Below are positions 1-9,764 of a stretch of DNA of 64,000 nt, piece after piece. The position numbers and the translations under genes were made by a program. The stretch is from an uncultured Pirellulaceae bacterium. GTDB lineage: Bacteria; Planctomycetota; Planctomycetia; Pirellulales; Pirellulaceae. The stretch covers positions 7,196 through 71,195 of the forward strand of contig CAYMWL010000021.1 in assembly GCA_964394305.1 (NCBI GenBank), read 5' to 3'. Below the pieces are notes generated by a model that worked only from the letters and a program-made list of their open reading frames with translations, was not told where the DNA came from and searched no databases. Each line of letters begins with the position of its first letter. Position 1 is the first letter of the stretch.

Positions 1-1
1 A

Positions 2-190
2 ACGAAAGAACCCGAAGCCGCGCAGTACGAACGAAGCGACGTGTGCGCTGTTTCCGCTGCGAGCGTGATTGTCGAGAACGTGGTTGCCTTTGAAGTGGCC
101 CGAGCGCTCGTCGAAAAATTCGGCAACGACAGCCTCGCTGAGATGCAGGCTCGCTTAGAACTGTTCAACAAGATGGCACGAGAGAGATAA
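2..190 (+). CDS. aroC: Chorismate synthase, C-terminal fragment (gene starts before the window)
   Basis: Frame 2 reads [48 protein letters not shown]...RER*; the ERSDVCAV...A..V.E...EKFG.DS motif is the AroC C-terminal signature. Not in the ORF track. Confidence 0.93.
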   Translation, partial: TKEPEAAQYERSDVCAVSAASVIVENVVAFEVARALVEKFGNDSLAEMQARLELFNKMARER

Positions 191-222
191 ATTACCTTTC
201 GCAGAATTGTCGTCGAACAAGG

Positions 223-1575
223 ATGTTCGTCATGCACCGCAGACCAGCTCATTTCGTTTGCCGCGTCGGCTTTTTGCTGCTGTGCGTGTTGCCGACGGCC
301 GCTATTGCAGGTTGGATCGTGCATCGCTCGATGCCTGGCTTCATCCTGTCTGCCAAACAGGAATGGGAACAAGAACTGTCACGGCAGCTTGGCCTGCGTG
401 TGACGATTTCGGCCCTCGAATATGCGCGGCCTGATACGGCGGAACTGACGAACGTCACGCTGGTTGATCCCGAAACGGGAGCCGCAGTTGCCAGCGCGGC
501 GCTCTTGGAAGTGATACAATCGGCCGATCGCTGGAAGCTGGTGGGATCGCAGTGCGTTGTGGAAACTTCGCAATTGCCACTGCTACAAATGCAGTTGGAG
601 CAACGACTATTGCGGCGTGAGTCGGCGGCAACTCATCCGCCTTGTGAAGTCTGGTTACGTGAACTCACGTTCCGCGATGCCGCCAAAAGCCTGACCCTGG
701 TCGATGTCGCCGGCGAGTGGAAAATGAATGCCGCAGGGCCGCAGTGCTCACTCAACTTCCGTTTGCCGGAAGCGGATCCACAACTACCGCGCGGCCTATG
801 GCTGGTGCAGCGGAATCGGCAAGCCTCGCCACCGACAACTCGTTGGCAGTTGATTACCGGCGGGTTGCCTCTGCCGTGCTCATTTGCCGCTGCTGCCTGG
901 CCGGAAGTGCAACATCTGGGAGTCGGCGCACAATTTTCCGGCGAACTCGATGTGCTGCAAACTGCGAGCGAGTTTTCCGGCTCCGCGCGCGGGACGTTCG
1001 AGCACCTCGATCTCGACGCTCTGGTCAGCGAACAATTATCGCATCGGCTCAGCGGCCTGGCGCTTTGCAAAATCGAAGACGCTCGCTTCGAACACAATCG
1101 GCTGACACTCGTCCGCGGCACCTTGCAAGTTCGCGATGGCGGCGCGATCAGCCCATCGTTGCTCGCCGCCGCTGCTGAGCAACTGCAGCTGGCCGGACCG
1201 TCTACCGAGGCCGTCGCCAGCGGAAACGTCATACCCTTCCGTCAACTCTCTCTCGGGTTTGACTATCGCCCAACTGCATTGCAGCTCACCGGCAGCGCCG
1301 ATCCGCTCCGCGGTGGCGTGCTGATTGCAACGGCCACGGGCTCGCTGCTGCAAGCGCCGCCGCAACACCAGGCTCCGGCCGCTGCGCTGTTCGAAATGTT
1401 GATTCCTGCTAAAGATCGGCACACGCGCGAGGGGCAGTTTCTCGCGAACATTCTACCCGCTACATATCTGCAATCGCACAACGAACTTGCTCGTCAGCCC
1501 CAGCACACGCGCGTGCGGCTGCAGCCTCGCCACAATTCACAAAGCCCTGCGATCCGGCAACCTGAGTTGCGTTAA
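223..1575 (+). CDS. Hypothetical membrane-anchored protein, possibly AsmA-like
   Basis: 450-aa ORF directly after aroC. N-terminal hydrophobic helix, then EQELSRQLGLRVTISAL...LTNVTLVDP, which resembles AsmA-family N-termini; mostly beta-like sequence. Confidence 0.6.
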   Translation: MFVMHRRPAHFVCRVGFLLLCVLPTAAIAGWIVHRSMPGFILSAKQEWEQELSRQLGLRVTISALEYARPDTAELTNVTLVDPETGAAVASAALLEVIQSADRWKLVGSQCVVETSQLPLLQMQLEQRLLRRESAATHPPCEVWLRELTFRDAAKSLTLVDVAGEWKMNAAGPQCSLNFRLPEADPQLPRGLWLVQRNRQASPPTTRWQLITGGLPLPCSFAAAAWPEVQHLGVGAQFSGELDVLQTASEFSGSARGTFEHLDLDALVSEQLSHRLSGLALCKIEDARFEHNRLTLVRGTLQVRDGGAISPSLLAAAAEQLQLAGPSTEAVASGNVIPFRQLSLGFDYRPTALQLTGSADPLRGGVLIATATGSLLQAPPQHQAPAAALFEMLIPAKDRHTREGQFLANILPATYLQSHNELARQPQHTRVRLQPRHNSQSPAIRQPELR

Positions 1576-1613
1576 TTCATCACATCGGGCTGACGCCACG
1601 ACGCGCACCAATT

Positions 1614-2639
1614 TTACTTGGACGCAGGAAAAACTTGCATCCAATCTTTTTTCATATCCACCACTTGCCAGCCGCGATCGGGCGCTTCGGTTAGTGCTCG
1701 GTCCAACCGGCCGATGTGGGACTCACGGTCGTAGGAATATTCGCGCTCAGCATCCGTGTGATGTACGATCAAGCCTAAGCGAGGTCCCTTGCCCGCCGTC
1801 GTCCAGCGGAGCATCTCATAATCGCCATCAGAATTGCCGAATGCGAGCACCGGACGTCGGCCGATGAATTTCTGAATCGCGACAGGCTTACCTGCTTTAT
1901 CATCGTTGAATTCGAGTTCGGCCAATCGCATCAATACCGGCTGGCCATCGCGCAATTCATATTTCAGCTTGCCGGTGCTGCCGATGACTTGCTCAGGCGG
2001 AATGCCATACGCTTTCTCGGCAAAAGCCCGCATGAACTCGATGCCGCCACCGGACACGATGTACGTCTTGAAGCCGTTATCGCGCAGATACTCGAGTAGT
2101 TCGAGCATCGGTTGATAAACTACTTCCGTGTAAGGCCGCTGGTAACGCGGATGCTTCGCCGTCGCCAACCAATCCTTTACGGTCGTTTCAAACTCTTCGG
2201 TCGTCATGCTCGCGTGCGTCGCAGCGAGCAGCTGTAACATTCCTTTCTCACCGCGGGCAATCACCACTTTGAGGTCATTTTTCAGGACGGCAGCGAAGGG
2301 CTCGTATTCTTTCCATTCCGGATGTTTTGGCGCGAGCACTTTCACCCGGTCGAGCACAAATGCGAACTGGATATACAGCGGCTGTTCGCACCACAGCGTG
2401 CCGTCATTATCGTACACCGCGATCCGTTCCTCCGGCGGAATGTAGCTGCCGCAATCGGGATTGATCGCGCAAGCGACAAAATCGAGAATCGAGGACTTTG
2501 CCTTGCTTTCGTTCCAAGATGGCAACGGTTTTTCGTCGGCTTGATCTTGTGCGATGGCCGGCAGACTGACGATACTCCATGCGAACAAGAACGCTAACAG
2601 CGAGCCGTTGTTCATCGGAAAGCCCTCCCTTTCACTCAA
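1614..2639 (-). CDS. Exported HAD-family hydrolase (nonspecific acid phosphatase-like)
   Basis: Signal peptide; HAD motif I DNDGTLWCE; VSGGG; AFGNSDGD motif IV. Confidence 0.88.
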   Translation of the reverse strand: MSEREGFPMNNGSLLAFLFAWSIVSLPAIAQDQADEKPLPSWNESKAKSSILDFVACAINPDCGSYIPPEERIAVYDNDGTLWCEQPLYIQFAFVLDRVKVLAPKHPEWKEYEPFAAVLKNDLKVVIARGEKGMLQLLAATHASMTTEEFETTVKDWLATAKHPRYQRPYTEVVYQPMLELLEYLRDNGFKTYIVSGGGIEFMRAFAEKAYGIPPEQVIGSTGKLKYELRDGQPVLMRLAELEFNDDKAGKPVAIQKFIGRRPVLAFGNSDGDYEMLRWTTAGKGPRLGLIVHHTDAEREYSYDRESHIGRLDRALTEAPDRGWQVVDMKKDWMQVFPASK

Positions 2640-3661
2640 TTGACGATCTGCGGCACGGGTGCCTGCCAGGTGGCATCAAGCACTTCTTTTCGTGGCCGAT
2701 ACAGTCGCAGCAAATAGTTCCAGCCTGGCGTGATCGGCAGCATATTTGGACTGTCCGGCTCGCCACCGAATTGAATCGTGACACTCCCATTGGCGCTGGG
2801 CTTGGCGGTGACGTTGTTCAGCGTGTATGCGTTCTGCGGATTCTTTTCAAAGAAGCCAGATTTATTGTAGACGCTGATCGACCAGAAGCCATCGACGGGA
2901 ACGTCTTTGAGCGTGATGCGATAGACGGTATTCCCATCATTCTTCGCAGGTGTCTCGGCAACATACATAGCCGCCGACTTCGGATTGCCACCCCATCCAG
3001 CCGCAGTTCCCAGCAAATGTTGCACGGGATCAACCTGGTCCTTGCGGCCGAACATGCGAGCCGAATCCAAGCCGCCGTTGGCTGTGGTCACGGCCAGCAA
3101 CGCCTCACGCATTCTCGTGAGCGAAACTTGGTCCCAATTCGGCACTACCAGCGAACCAGTGGCCTTTTGTTCGACCTTGATTGCGTCCTGTAACGCGTGC
3201 ACTGCCCTTACGTCGGCCTCATCGCCGGGATTCACGAAAATGCGGATTGCCAGGCAAACGTAGCGCGTACCGATCTTGTCTTTCGTCAGCGTGTGTGCTC
3301 CCGCCGCATAGATTACATCAATGGCGTAATGCTCTTCGTTAATGATCTGCAGGCTTAGAAAGCGTTTGCCGGAATCAGGCAGAGTGACGGTCACTTCGCC
3401 CGCATCGAGATCAAATACACCGAATGAATAAAGCGTGTCGCGATTCATGCGAATGACGCTTTGCCGGTCGATGGGGGCCAATCCGCGCTCGTGAGCAATC
3501 TTGCCGAAACCGCCCTCCTTGGCAAACTTCGTGAAGTAATTGTCGGTTTCCGCCTGCTTGAAGTTGTCGACCGTCACGTGAATCGACTTCGAATCTTGAG
3601 CGTTAGCGACACAGCAAAACGCCGTTACAGCGAGGATGGAAACAAAAGTACACAGATTCAT
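2636..3661 (-). CDS. DUF1254/DUF1214 domain exported protein
   Basis: Signal peptide; RMNRDTLYS (DUF1254) and VPVDGFWSISVYN...NYLLRLYRP (DUF1214); 4-bp overlap with the HAD gene. Confidence 0.88.
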   Translation of the reverse strand: MNLCTFVSILAVTAFCCVANAQDSKSIHVTVDNFKQAETDNYFTKFAKEGGFGKIAHERGLAPIDRQSVIRMNRDTLYSFGVFDLDAGEVTVTLPDSGKRFLSLQIINEEHYAIDVIYAAGAHTLTKDKIGTRYVCLAIRIFVNPGDEADVRAVHALQDAIKVEQKATGSLVVPNWDQVSLTRMREALLAVTTANGGLDSARMFGRKDQVDPVQHLLGTAAGWGGNPKSAAMYVAETPAKNDGNTVYRITLKDVPVDGFWSISVYNKSGFFEKNPQNAYTLNNVTAKPSANGSVTIQFGGEPDSPNMLPITPGWNYLLRLYRPRKEVLDATWQAPVPQIVN

Positions 3662-3748
3662 TTGCCTCTCCAGATAAGGCAGCGCAGTCCGATACCAGAA
3701 ACAAATCCTAAGTCCATGCTGCGCCGCGCACCACTACCGCGGCGGAGA

Positions 3749-5431
3749 TCACTTGGCCGCTGGACTCTTTCCCTGTGTCACAAATTCATCGCGGGTGAGT
3801 TCGCCGTTTTTATCGACATCGAACTGAGTAAACCGCGCCGGCGCTTTGTCAGGATCAGGCTGGTTCGCAAGAAACTCAGCGCGAGTAAGCTTGCCATCCT
3901 TATCGGTGTCTTTGCGGGCGAATAGTTCGCTTCGATCAGTCGCCGGTTTGGCTGCCTGTTTGCCCTCTGCAGACTTGATTTGCGGTTTAGCCTCCGGCTG
4001 CCTGCTGAGAATGGCGCGCAATTCGGCGATGACATCAGGCCGCTCGACGGCGATGTTCTCGGTTTCGAGCGGATCTTTTTCGTAGTCGTACAATTCGAGT
4101 TCGGCGGATTCAGGGGGCGCGCCGATGACTTTCCATTCGACCAGTCGGTATCGCTCGTTGCGAACTGCTCGACCTAATCGATTGCCGCGCGGATAGACGT
4201 GAATGATCGCTTTTTTGGTCGTTGCCTTGGGATCGGCCAGTGCCGTCGCAAAACTGCGGCCGTCCAAGGTTGAGGGAACCGGCAGACCGGCCAGTTCGCA
4301 GAGCGAGGGGTAAAGGTCGACACTCTCTGCGAGCGACTGAGTGGCGACACCTGGCAATTTTCCGGGAGCCGAGACAATGAAGGGGATGCGAGCTGCCTGC
4401 TCGTAGTTAGTGTGTTTGCACCACATGCCGTGGTCGCCCAAATGCCAGCCGTGATCGCCCCAGAGGATGACAATGGTGTTCTTCACAAGCCCCGTTTCTT
4501 CCAACTTGCTCAGGACACGACCAAGTTGCGCATCCATATAACTGGTCGCAGCATAGTAGCCGTGAATGAGCGTTCGCTGCAAATCGGCGGGCAATTCGCC
4601 CTTTGTAGGAATGTCTTTGTAGTTCCGCAACTCGCCGCCGAACTGTGGCGCGTAGTCAGGAGCTTTCGCGGGAGGTGTTTTTTGTTCGGAGAGCGCGAAT
4701 TGCCGGGGATCGTATAGATCCCAATACTTTTTCGGCGCACAGAACGGCAAGTGCGGCTTTACAAAACCAACAGCGATGAAGAAGGGCTGATCCGGCCGAC
4801 CTTTTGCCGCTTGCAAACGTTGGATCGCTTCATCAGCGATCTTGCCATCGCCATACGTCGAATCGTCGACGTCAGCCGATTCGTACGCTGCACCTTTCGG
4901 TAGATTCGCGGCATTTTTGTTCTCGAAGAGCGCTCCTTCGCGCGTGGCGGTAGCAGAGTTTTCTTTCTGGGCGTAGGCGATGCTCTTGGCTTGAAAGTGC
5001 GGCACGCTCCAGGACGCGGCGTCTTCGTGGTTGCCGTGGCCGACGTGAAAGAGCTTGCCCATCGCTTCGGTTCGATAACCATGTTGTTTGAAATACTGCG
5101 GCAGCGTGACTGCTTCGGGAACCGCGCGGCGGAAGTTCGTCGCCAGGTCGTAGATGCCGAGCGTTTGCGAGCGCAGGCCAACCAGTAATGCATTGCGCGA
5201 CGGCGAACAAACAGCCTGGTTGCAATACGCGCGATCGAATCGCACGCCGCGAGCCGCAAGTTTGTCGATATTCGGTGATTTGGCAAGCTTGTCGCCGTAG
5301 CACCCCAGCACCGGCTTGAGATCGTCGACGCAGATTAGCAGTACGTTGGGTTTGGGATCGGCCGCGAGGAGTGAACTAGCCCAACAGAGTATGATCAAGC
5401 AACAAGAGAGTGTTTTCATGACAAGTTCCAA
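3749..5431 (-). CDS. Sulfatase (iduronate-2-sulfatase-like) with C-terminal EF-hand pair
   Basis: PNVLLICVDDL; formylglycine motif CSPSR; GKLFH; KPHLPF; WGDHGWHLG; EF-hand loops DTDKDGKLTRAEF and DVDKNGELTRDEF. Confidence 0.93.
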   Translation of the reverse strand: MELVMKTLSCCLIILCWASSLLAADPKPNVLLICVDDLKPVLGCYGDKLAKSPNIDKLAARGVRFDRAYCNQAVCSPSRNALLVGLRSQTLGIYDLATNFRRAVPEAVTLPQYFKQHGYRTEAMGKLFHVGHGNHEDAASWSVPHFQAKSIAYAQKENSATATREGALFENKNAANLPKGAAYESADVDDSTYGDGKIADEAIQRLQAAKGRPDQPFFIAVGFVKPHLPFCAPKKYWDLYDPRQFALSEQKTPPAKAPDYAPQFGGELRNYKDIPTKGELPADLQRTLIHGYYAATSYMDAQLGRVLSKLEETGLVKNTIVILWGDHGWHLGDHGMWCKHTNYEQAARIPFIVSAPGKLPGVATQSLAESVDLYPSLCELAGLPVPSTLDGRSFATALADPKATTKKAIIHVYPRGNRLGRAVRNERYRLVEWKVIGAPPESAELELYDYEKDPLETENIAVERPDVIAELRAILSRQPEAKPQIKSAEGKQAAKPATDRSELFARKDTDKDGKLTRAEFLANQPDPDKAPARFTQFDVDKNGELTRDEFVTQGKSPAAK

Positions 5432-5460
5432 ATGAAAATCGGTGGCACGCCGAGGGGCGA

Positions 5461-6867
5461 TTATGCAACGAGTTCTTTTACCACACTGCCTTGCACATCG
5501 GTCAGGCGGAACTCGCGGCCCTGATATTTGAACGTCAGTTTTTCGTGATCGAGTCCGAGCAAGTGCAGCACTGTGGCGTTCAGATCGTGCACATGTACGG
5601 GACGTTCGGCAATGTTAAAGCCGAACTCATCGGTTTGCCCGACGCTGCAGCCACCTTTCACGCCGCCGCCGGCCAGCCATATGGTGAATGCGTCTTTATG
5701 ATGATCGCGACCAGGCTTCGTTTTTTCCCCATTGCCGCCGATACCCTGCGCAAGAGGTGTGCGGCCGAATTCACTTCCCCAAATCACCAGCGTATCGTTC
5801 AGCAGGCCACGGTCTTTCAAGTCGGCGATTAACGCGGCCATGGGTTGATCGACATCGCGAGCTTTTTTGGGCAGACTGTTCTCGATGTTTGCATGATGAT
5901 CCCAATCGGCGTCGTACAACTCCACCACGCGCACGCCACGCTCCACAAGTCGCCTTGCTAACAAGCAGTTGTTGGCAAAACTGGCCTTGCCAGGCTGAGC
6001 GCCGTAGCGCGCGAGCGTTTCAGCCGACTCGGCCTTCAAGTCGATCAACTCGGGTACATTAGTCTGCATGCGATATGCCATTTCGTATTGGCTGATCCGC
6101 GTCGCAATTTCGGGATCGCCTACATCGGCGAGACGCGCTTCATTCAACGCTTTCGTCGCATCGAGTACACGGCGGCGACTTTGTGCGGAATGGCTGGCGG
6201 GATTCGAGAGGTATAACACCGCATCGCCCTGCGAGCGGAACTGCACGCCTTGATTCACGCTCGGCAGAAAACCGCTCGACCACATCGCGGTCCCGGCGCC
6301 ACCAGCATTGCCGCTGAGTAGCACTACATACGCGGGCAGATCGCTGTTGGCGGAGCCCAAGCCGTACGTCACCCAGGATCCAAAGCTGGGCCGATCGCCA
6401 CGGCCGAATCCGGTGTGCAGAAAGATCTGCGCCGGCGCGTGGTTGATCTCTTCTGTGTGCAGCGTGCGTACGACAGCAATATCATCCGCTACCTTCGACA
6501 AATGGGGCAGCAACTCGGAGAACTGCTGACCGCTTTCGCCATGTTGCGCGAACTTGAAACGCGAACCGGAGAGACGTTTTTCCGTACCGAGAAAAGCAAA
6601 GCGTTTGCCGGCCAGTAACGATTCCGGGCAGGGCTCGCCATCACGTTTGATAAGTTCCGGCTTCGGGTCGAACAAATCGAGTTGCGAAGGCGCGCCGATC
6701 ATGTGCAGATAAATCACCCGCTTGGCCCGCGGCTTGAAATACGGCGCTGATCGCGCGGATTCGCCTTGCAACAGTCCCCACAGCGCGAGCGAACTGAGTC
6801 CCATGCCACTGTGCTGGAAGAACTCTCGCCGACTGGCAGGAGTCAGATAGTTCCGATGACTGTCCAT
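5461..6867 (-). CDS. DUF1501 domain protein (planctomycete-expanded)
   Basis: Tat-like SRREFF; [23 protein letters not shown]; WDHH; GSEFGRTP; GRDHH; RLTDV..G.VV end. Confidence 0.93.
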   Translation of the reverse strand: MDSHRNYLTPASRREFFQHSGMGLSSLALWGLLQGESARSAPYFKPRAKRVIYLHMIGAPSQLDLFDPKPELIKRDGEPCPESLLAGKRFAFLGTEKRLSGSRFKFAQHGESGQQFSELLPHLSKVADDIAVVRTLHTEEINHAPAQIFLHTGFGRGDRPSFGSWVTYGLGSANSDLPAYVVLLSGNAGGAGTAMWSSGFLPSVNQGVQFRSQGDAVLYLSNPASHSAQSRRRVLDATKALNEARLADVGDPEIATRISQYEMAYRMQTNVPELIDLKAESAETLARYGAQPGKASFANNCLLARRLVERGVRVVELYDADWDHHANIENSLPKKARDVDQPMAALIADLKDRGLLNDTLVIWGSEFGRTPLAQGIGGNGEKTKPGRDHHKDAFTIWLAGGGVKGGCSVGQTDEFGFNIAERPVHVHDLNATVLHLLGLDHEKLTFKYQGREFRLTDVQGSVVKELVA

Positions 6868-6870
6868 GCG

Positions 6871-9756
6871 TCAGCCTTTGGTGATGGTTTCGTCCAAATT
6901 CAGCAGCGCGCTCGCCACGGCAAACCAGGCAGCATCTTCGCCAGCTGCATTACTTTCACCGATAAAGAGCGTTTTCAGAACCTGCAGTTCTTTGGCTTGT
7001 GGAGGTCGTGCGACTGCCAGCCGAAATGCATATTCCAGCTGTGCTTCGAGATCGGCGTCCGGCGTTTCCTTGCGAATTCGCTGTGCAAGGGCACGGGCAG
7101 TGCTGACGTAAACGGGATCGTTGAGAAGTGTGAGCGCCTGCAACGGTGTATTCGATCGCAGCCGCTTCACGCGACAAGACAATCGCGCAGTGGCATCGAA
7201 CGTAATCAAGCTTGGGTTCGGCGACATCCGTTTGAGCACGATGTAGATGCCGCGGCGGTACTGTTCGGAACCAGGGCTGACGGCATATTCGTAGCGTTCG
7301 CCACCGACTTTATTCCACAAGCCATCCGGTTGCGGTGGATAGATGGGCGGGCCGAATTGCTTCTTATCCAATAATCCTGAGATCGCGAGGGCATTATCCC
7401 GAATGCCTTCCGCGCTGAGCCGAAAGCTGGGGCCACGTGCGAGCAATCGATTCTGCGGATCACGCTCCCGTAACCCTGGCGTTTGATGGCTTTGCTGACG
7501 ATAAGTTTCGCTCGTCAGAATCAGCTTCAACAGCCTTTTCTGCGACCAGCCATTCTCGCGGAACTCGACGGCAAGCCAATCGAGCAACTCCGGGTGTGAC
7601 GGCAATTGTCCTTTCAAACCAACATCTTCCGGCGTGCTGACCAGTCCTTCGCCGAAGATCTCGAGCCAGAGGCGGTTAACGGCAACGCGTGCCGTGAGCG
7701 GATTCTCGGCCGCCATCAACCAGCGAGCGAGCGCACTGCGATCGCCGGCGTTTGTCGGCAGTTTCGGCAACACTGCTGGCGTAGCGGCTGAGACTTCTTC
7801 ACCAGGGGTTCGAAAGTCGCCGCGTTGCATGAGGTGAGTCGACCGGGCCTCAGTCACCTCTCGCATCACGAGCGTCCGTGGCGATTTAAGGCCTTTTAAC
7901 CTGGCCTCGGCAGCGGACAATTGCGACAGCAGTTCCCTTTCCCCGGCGGGCTGAGCTTTACTACTGCTCTGCGTGGCTGACGTGAGAGCGGTGATGCGCA
8001 CCCGCCCGATCGTGCGCGCTTGACCGAATTCCTGCACAAGCTTGATGGTCAGCTTCATTCCGTCGCTGCCCTTCAATGGCTCGGCGAACTGAAAATCCGC
8101 CCAGTGTGCCTGTTGAAATCGCGGCGCAATCGCCCAACCGGATTTCGGATCGCCATCGACAGCACCGGCGACATCCCACTTTTCTTGTGAGAAACTGGCT
8201 CCTGTCGCGGTCATCTTCAAAGACTTCGCATTGTCCGGAGACGAAATCGCAGCGGCAGTCGCGGTGAATTCATGCAAGACAAAATTCGTACGTTTCGGAT
8301 CTCCCCGGCCGGGCCCAGTTCCTGGCAACGAAGGATCCGTCAGCGCTTCCAACTTCAGTCCGACAATCTGCGGCAGCTTCGTTTCAAAGGTCAAAGTGTA
8401 CGTGTCAGTTGCGGGCGGATCCCCAACTAATAGCACGGAACCGTCGTGGAGAATCTTGTGCCCCGCATCCCCAGCAGAATCGAACTCGCTCGGCGTGAGG
8501 ACCTCTTCGTTAGACGTCTCACTCGTGTCGTTGCGAATCGCCTTCGCTCTTGTGAGTTGTTTCTGCAGCAAACCGATCTGCGTTTCCAGTTGCTGTCGAC
8601 TAGCTGCAGTCGCAGGATCGTTCAAGTCGAGATACGGGCCAATGAAGCGAATGGAGCCTGGCACTTTAGGATTTGATCGTTCCGCTTCGATTTCGGTTTG
8701 GTTGAAATAAGCGAACAGCGAGTAGTAGTCGCGCTGCGTGATGGGATCGTACTTGTGATCGTGGCACTGAGCACATTCAAGAGTCGTACCGAGCCAAATC
8801 GCGCCGAGCGTGTTTACCCGATCGAAAACCTGGTTGACGCGGTTTTCTTCTGGATCGGTCCCCGCTTCAACATTGCACGGCGCACAGCGATTGAATCCCG
8901 TGGCGACGCGCTGCGCCTCGGTTGCTTGGGGCAACAGGTCCCCCGCGAGTTGCTCAAGCGTGAATTGGTCAAAAGGCTTGTCGCCGTTTAGCGCGCGAAT
9001 CACCCAGTCGCGATAAGGCCAAAGATCGCGCAGATCATCGCGTTGAAAGCCGTGGGAATCGGCGTAGCGGGCCGCATCGAGCCAAGGCCGCGCCCATTTC
9101 TCGCCATATTGCGGTGACTGCAGCAGTTGATCGACCAACGCTTCGACAGCCTTTGGCAAGTCCTTAGTTGCAGCTTGTTCGAACGCTGTAACTTCAGCTG
9201 GTGAAGGCGGCAAACCGATGATGTCGAGATACAAACGCCGCGCGAGCACGGCAGGTTGAGCGGGCCGGGAGGGTTGCAGATCGGCGGCTTTTAGTTTCGC
9301 ACGCACGAATGCATCGACGGGATGCAGGTGAGCAATCGGCAACGCTGCTTTGCGTGGTGGCAGATAAGCCCAATGCGGCGCCGGCTTGGCCCCGTCAGGC
9401 CAGATTGCTCCTTCCTCGATCCAGGCTTTGATTTGAGCGACTTCGACCGCGGTCAGTGGCTCGCCGCGGTTCGGCATCACGTCGCGATCGGTCGTCGGCA
9501 GGGAAACTCGCCGCAGCAGTTCGCTGTCGGCCGCGTTCTTCGCGATCACCACCGCGCCGCTGTCGCCGCCTTTATTCAAGGCTGCCGCTGAATCGAGACG
9601 CAAACCGCCAGCTGCTTTCTTATCACCATGACATTCAAAGCAGCAACGCTGCAATATCGGGAGCACATCGCGCGCGAAATCGGTTTCCGCCGCGTTGATG
9701 CGGGGCAACGCGACGCCAATCAATCCCAACACAATCAGAAATCGCTGCAAACACAT
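6871..9756 (-). CDS. PSD1 / planctomycete cytochrome c / DUF1549 / DUF1553 protein
   Basis: Start moved to MCLQRF (9756), which gives a signal peptide and removes the overlap with the upstream gene. Heme motifs CFECH and CAQCH; YGEKWARPWLDAARYADS; NRLWLEIFGEGLV; NTPLQALTLLND. Confidence 0.92.
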   Translation of the reverse strand: MCLQRFLIVLGLIGVALPRINAAETDFARDVLPILQRCCFECHGDKKAAGGLRLDSAAALNKGGDSGAVVIAKNAADSELLRRVSLPTTDRDVMPNRGEPLTAVEVAQIKAWIEEGAIWPDGAKPAPHWAYLPPRKAALPIAHLHPVDAFVRAKLKAADLQPSRPAQPAVLARRLYLDIIGLPPSPAEVTAFEQAATKDLPKAVEALVDQLLQSPQYGEKWARPWLDAARYADSHGFQRDDLRDLWPYRDWVIRALNGDKPFDQFTLEQLAGDLLPQATEAQRVATGFNRCAPCNVEAGTDPEENRVNQVFDRVNTLGAIWLGTTLECAQCHDHKYDPITQRDYYSLFAYFNQTEIEAERSNPKVPGSIRFIGPYLDLNDPATAASRQQLETQIGLLQKQLTRAKAIRNDTSETSNEEVLTPSEFDSAGDAGHKILHDGSVLLVGDPPATDTYTLTFETKLPQIVGLKLEALTDPSLPGTGPGRGDPKRTNFVLHEFTATAAAISSPDNAKSLKMTATGASFSQEKWDVAGAVDGDPKSGWAIAPRFQQAHWADFQFAEPLKGSDGMKLTIKLVQEFGQARTIGRVRITALTSATQSSSKAQPAGERELLSQLSAAEARLKGLKSPRTLVMREVTEARSTHLMQRGDFRTPGEEVSAATPAVLPKLPTNAGDRSALARWLMAAENPLTARVAVNRLWLEIFGEGLVSTPEDVGLKGQLPSHPELLDWLAVEFRENGWSQKRLLKLILTSETYRQQSHQTPGLRERDPQNRLLARGPSFRLSAEGIRDNALAISGLLDKKQFGPPIYPPQPDGLWNKVGGERYEYAVSPGSEQYRRGIYIVLKRMSPNPSLITFDATARLSCRVKRLRSNTPLQALTLLNDPVYVSTARALAQRIRKETPDADLEAQLEYAFRLAVARPPQAKELQVLKTLFIGESNAAGEDAAWFAVASALLNLDETITKG

Positions 9757-9764
9757 CGGTTCGG

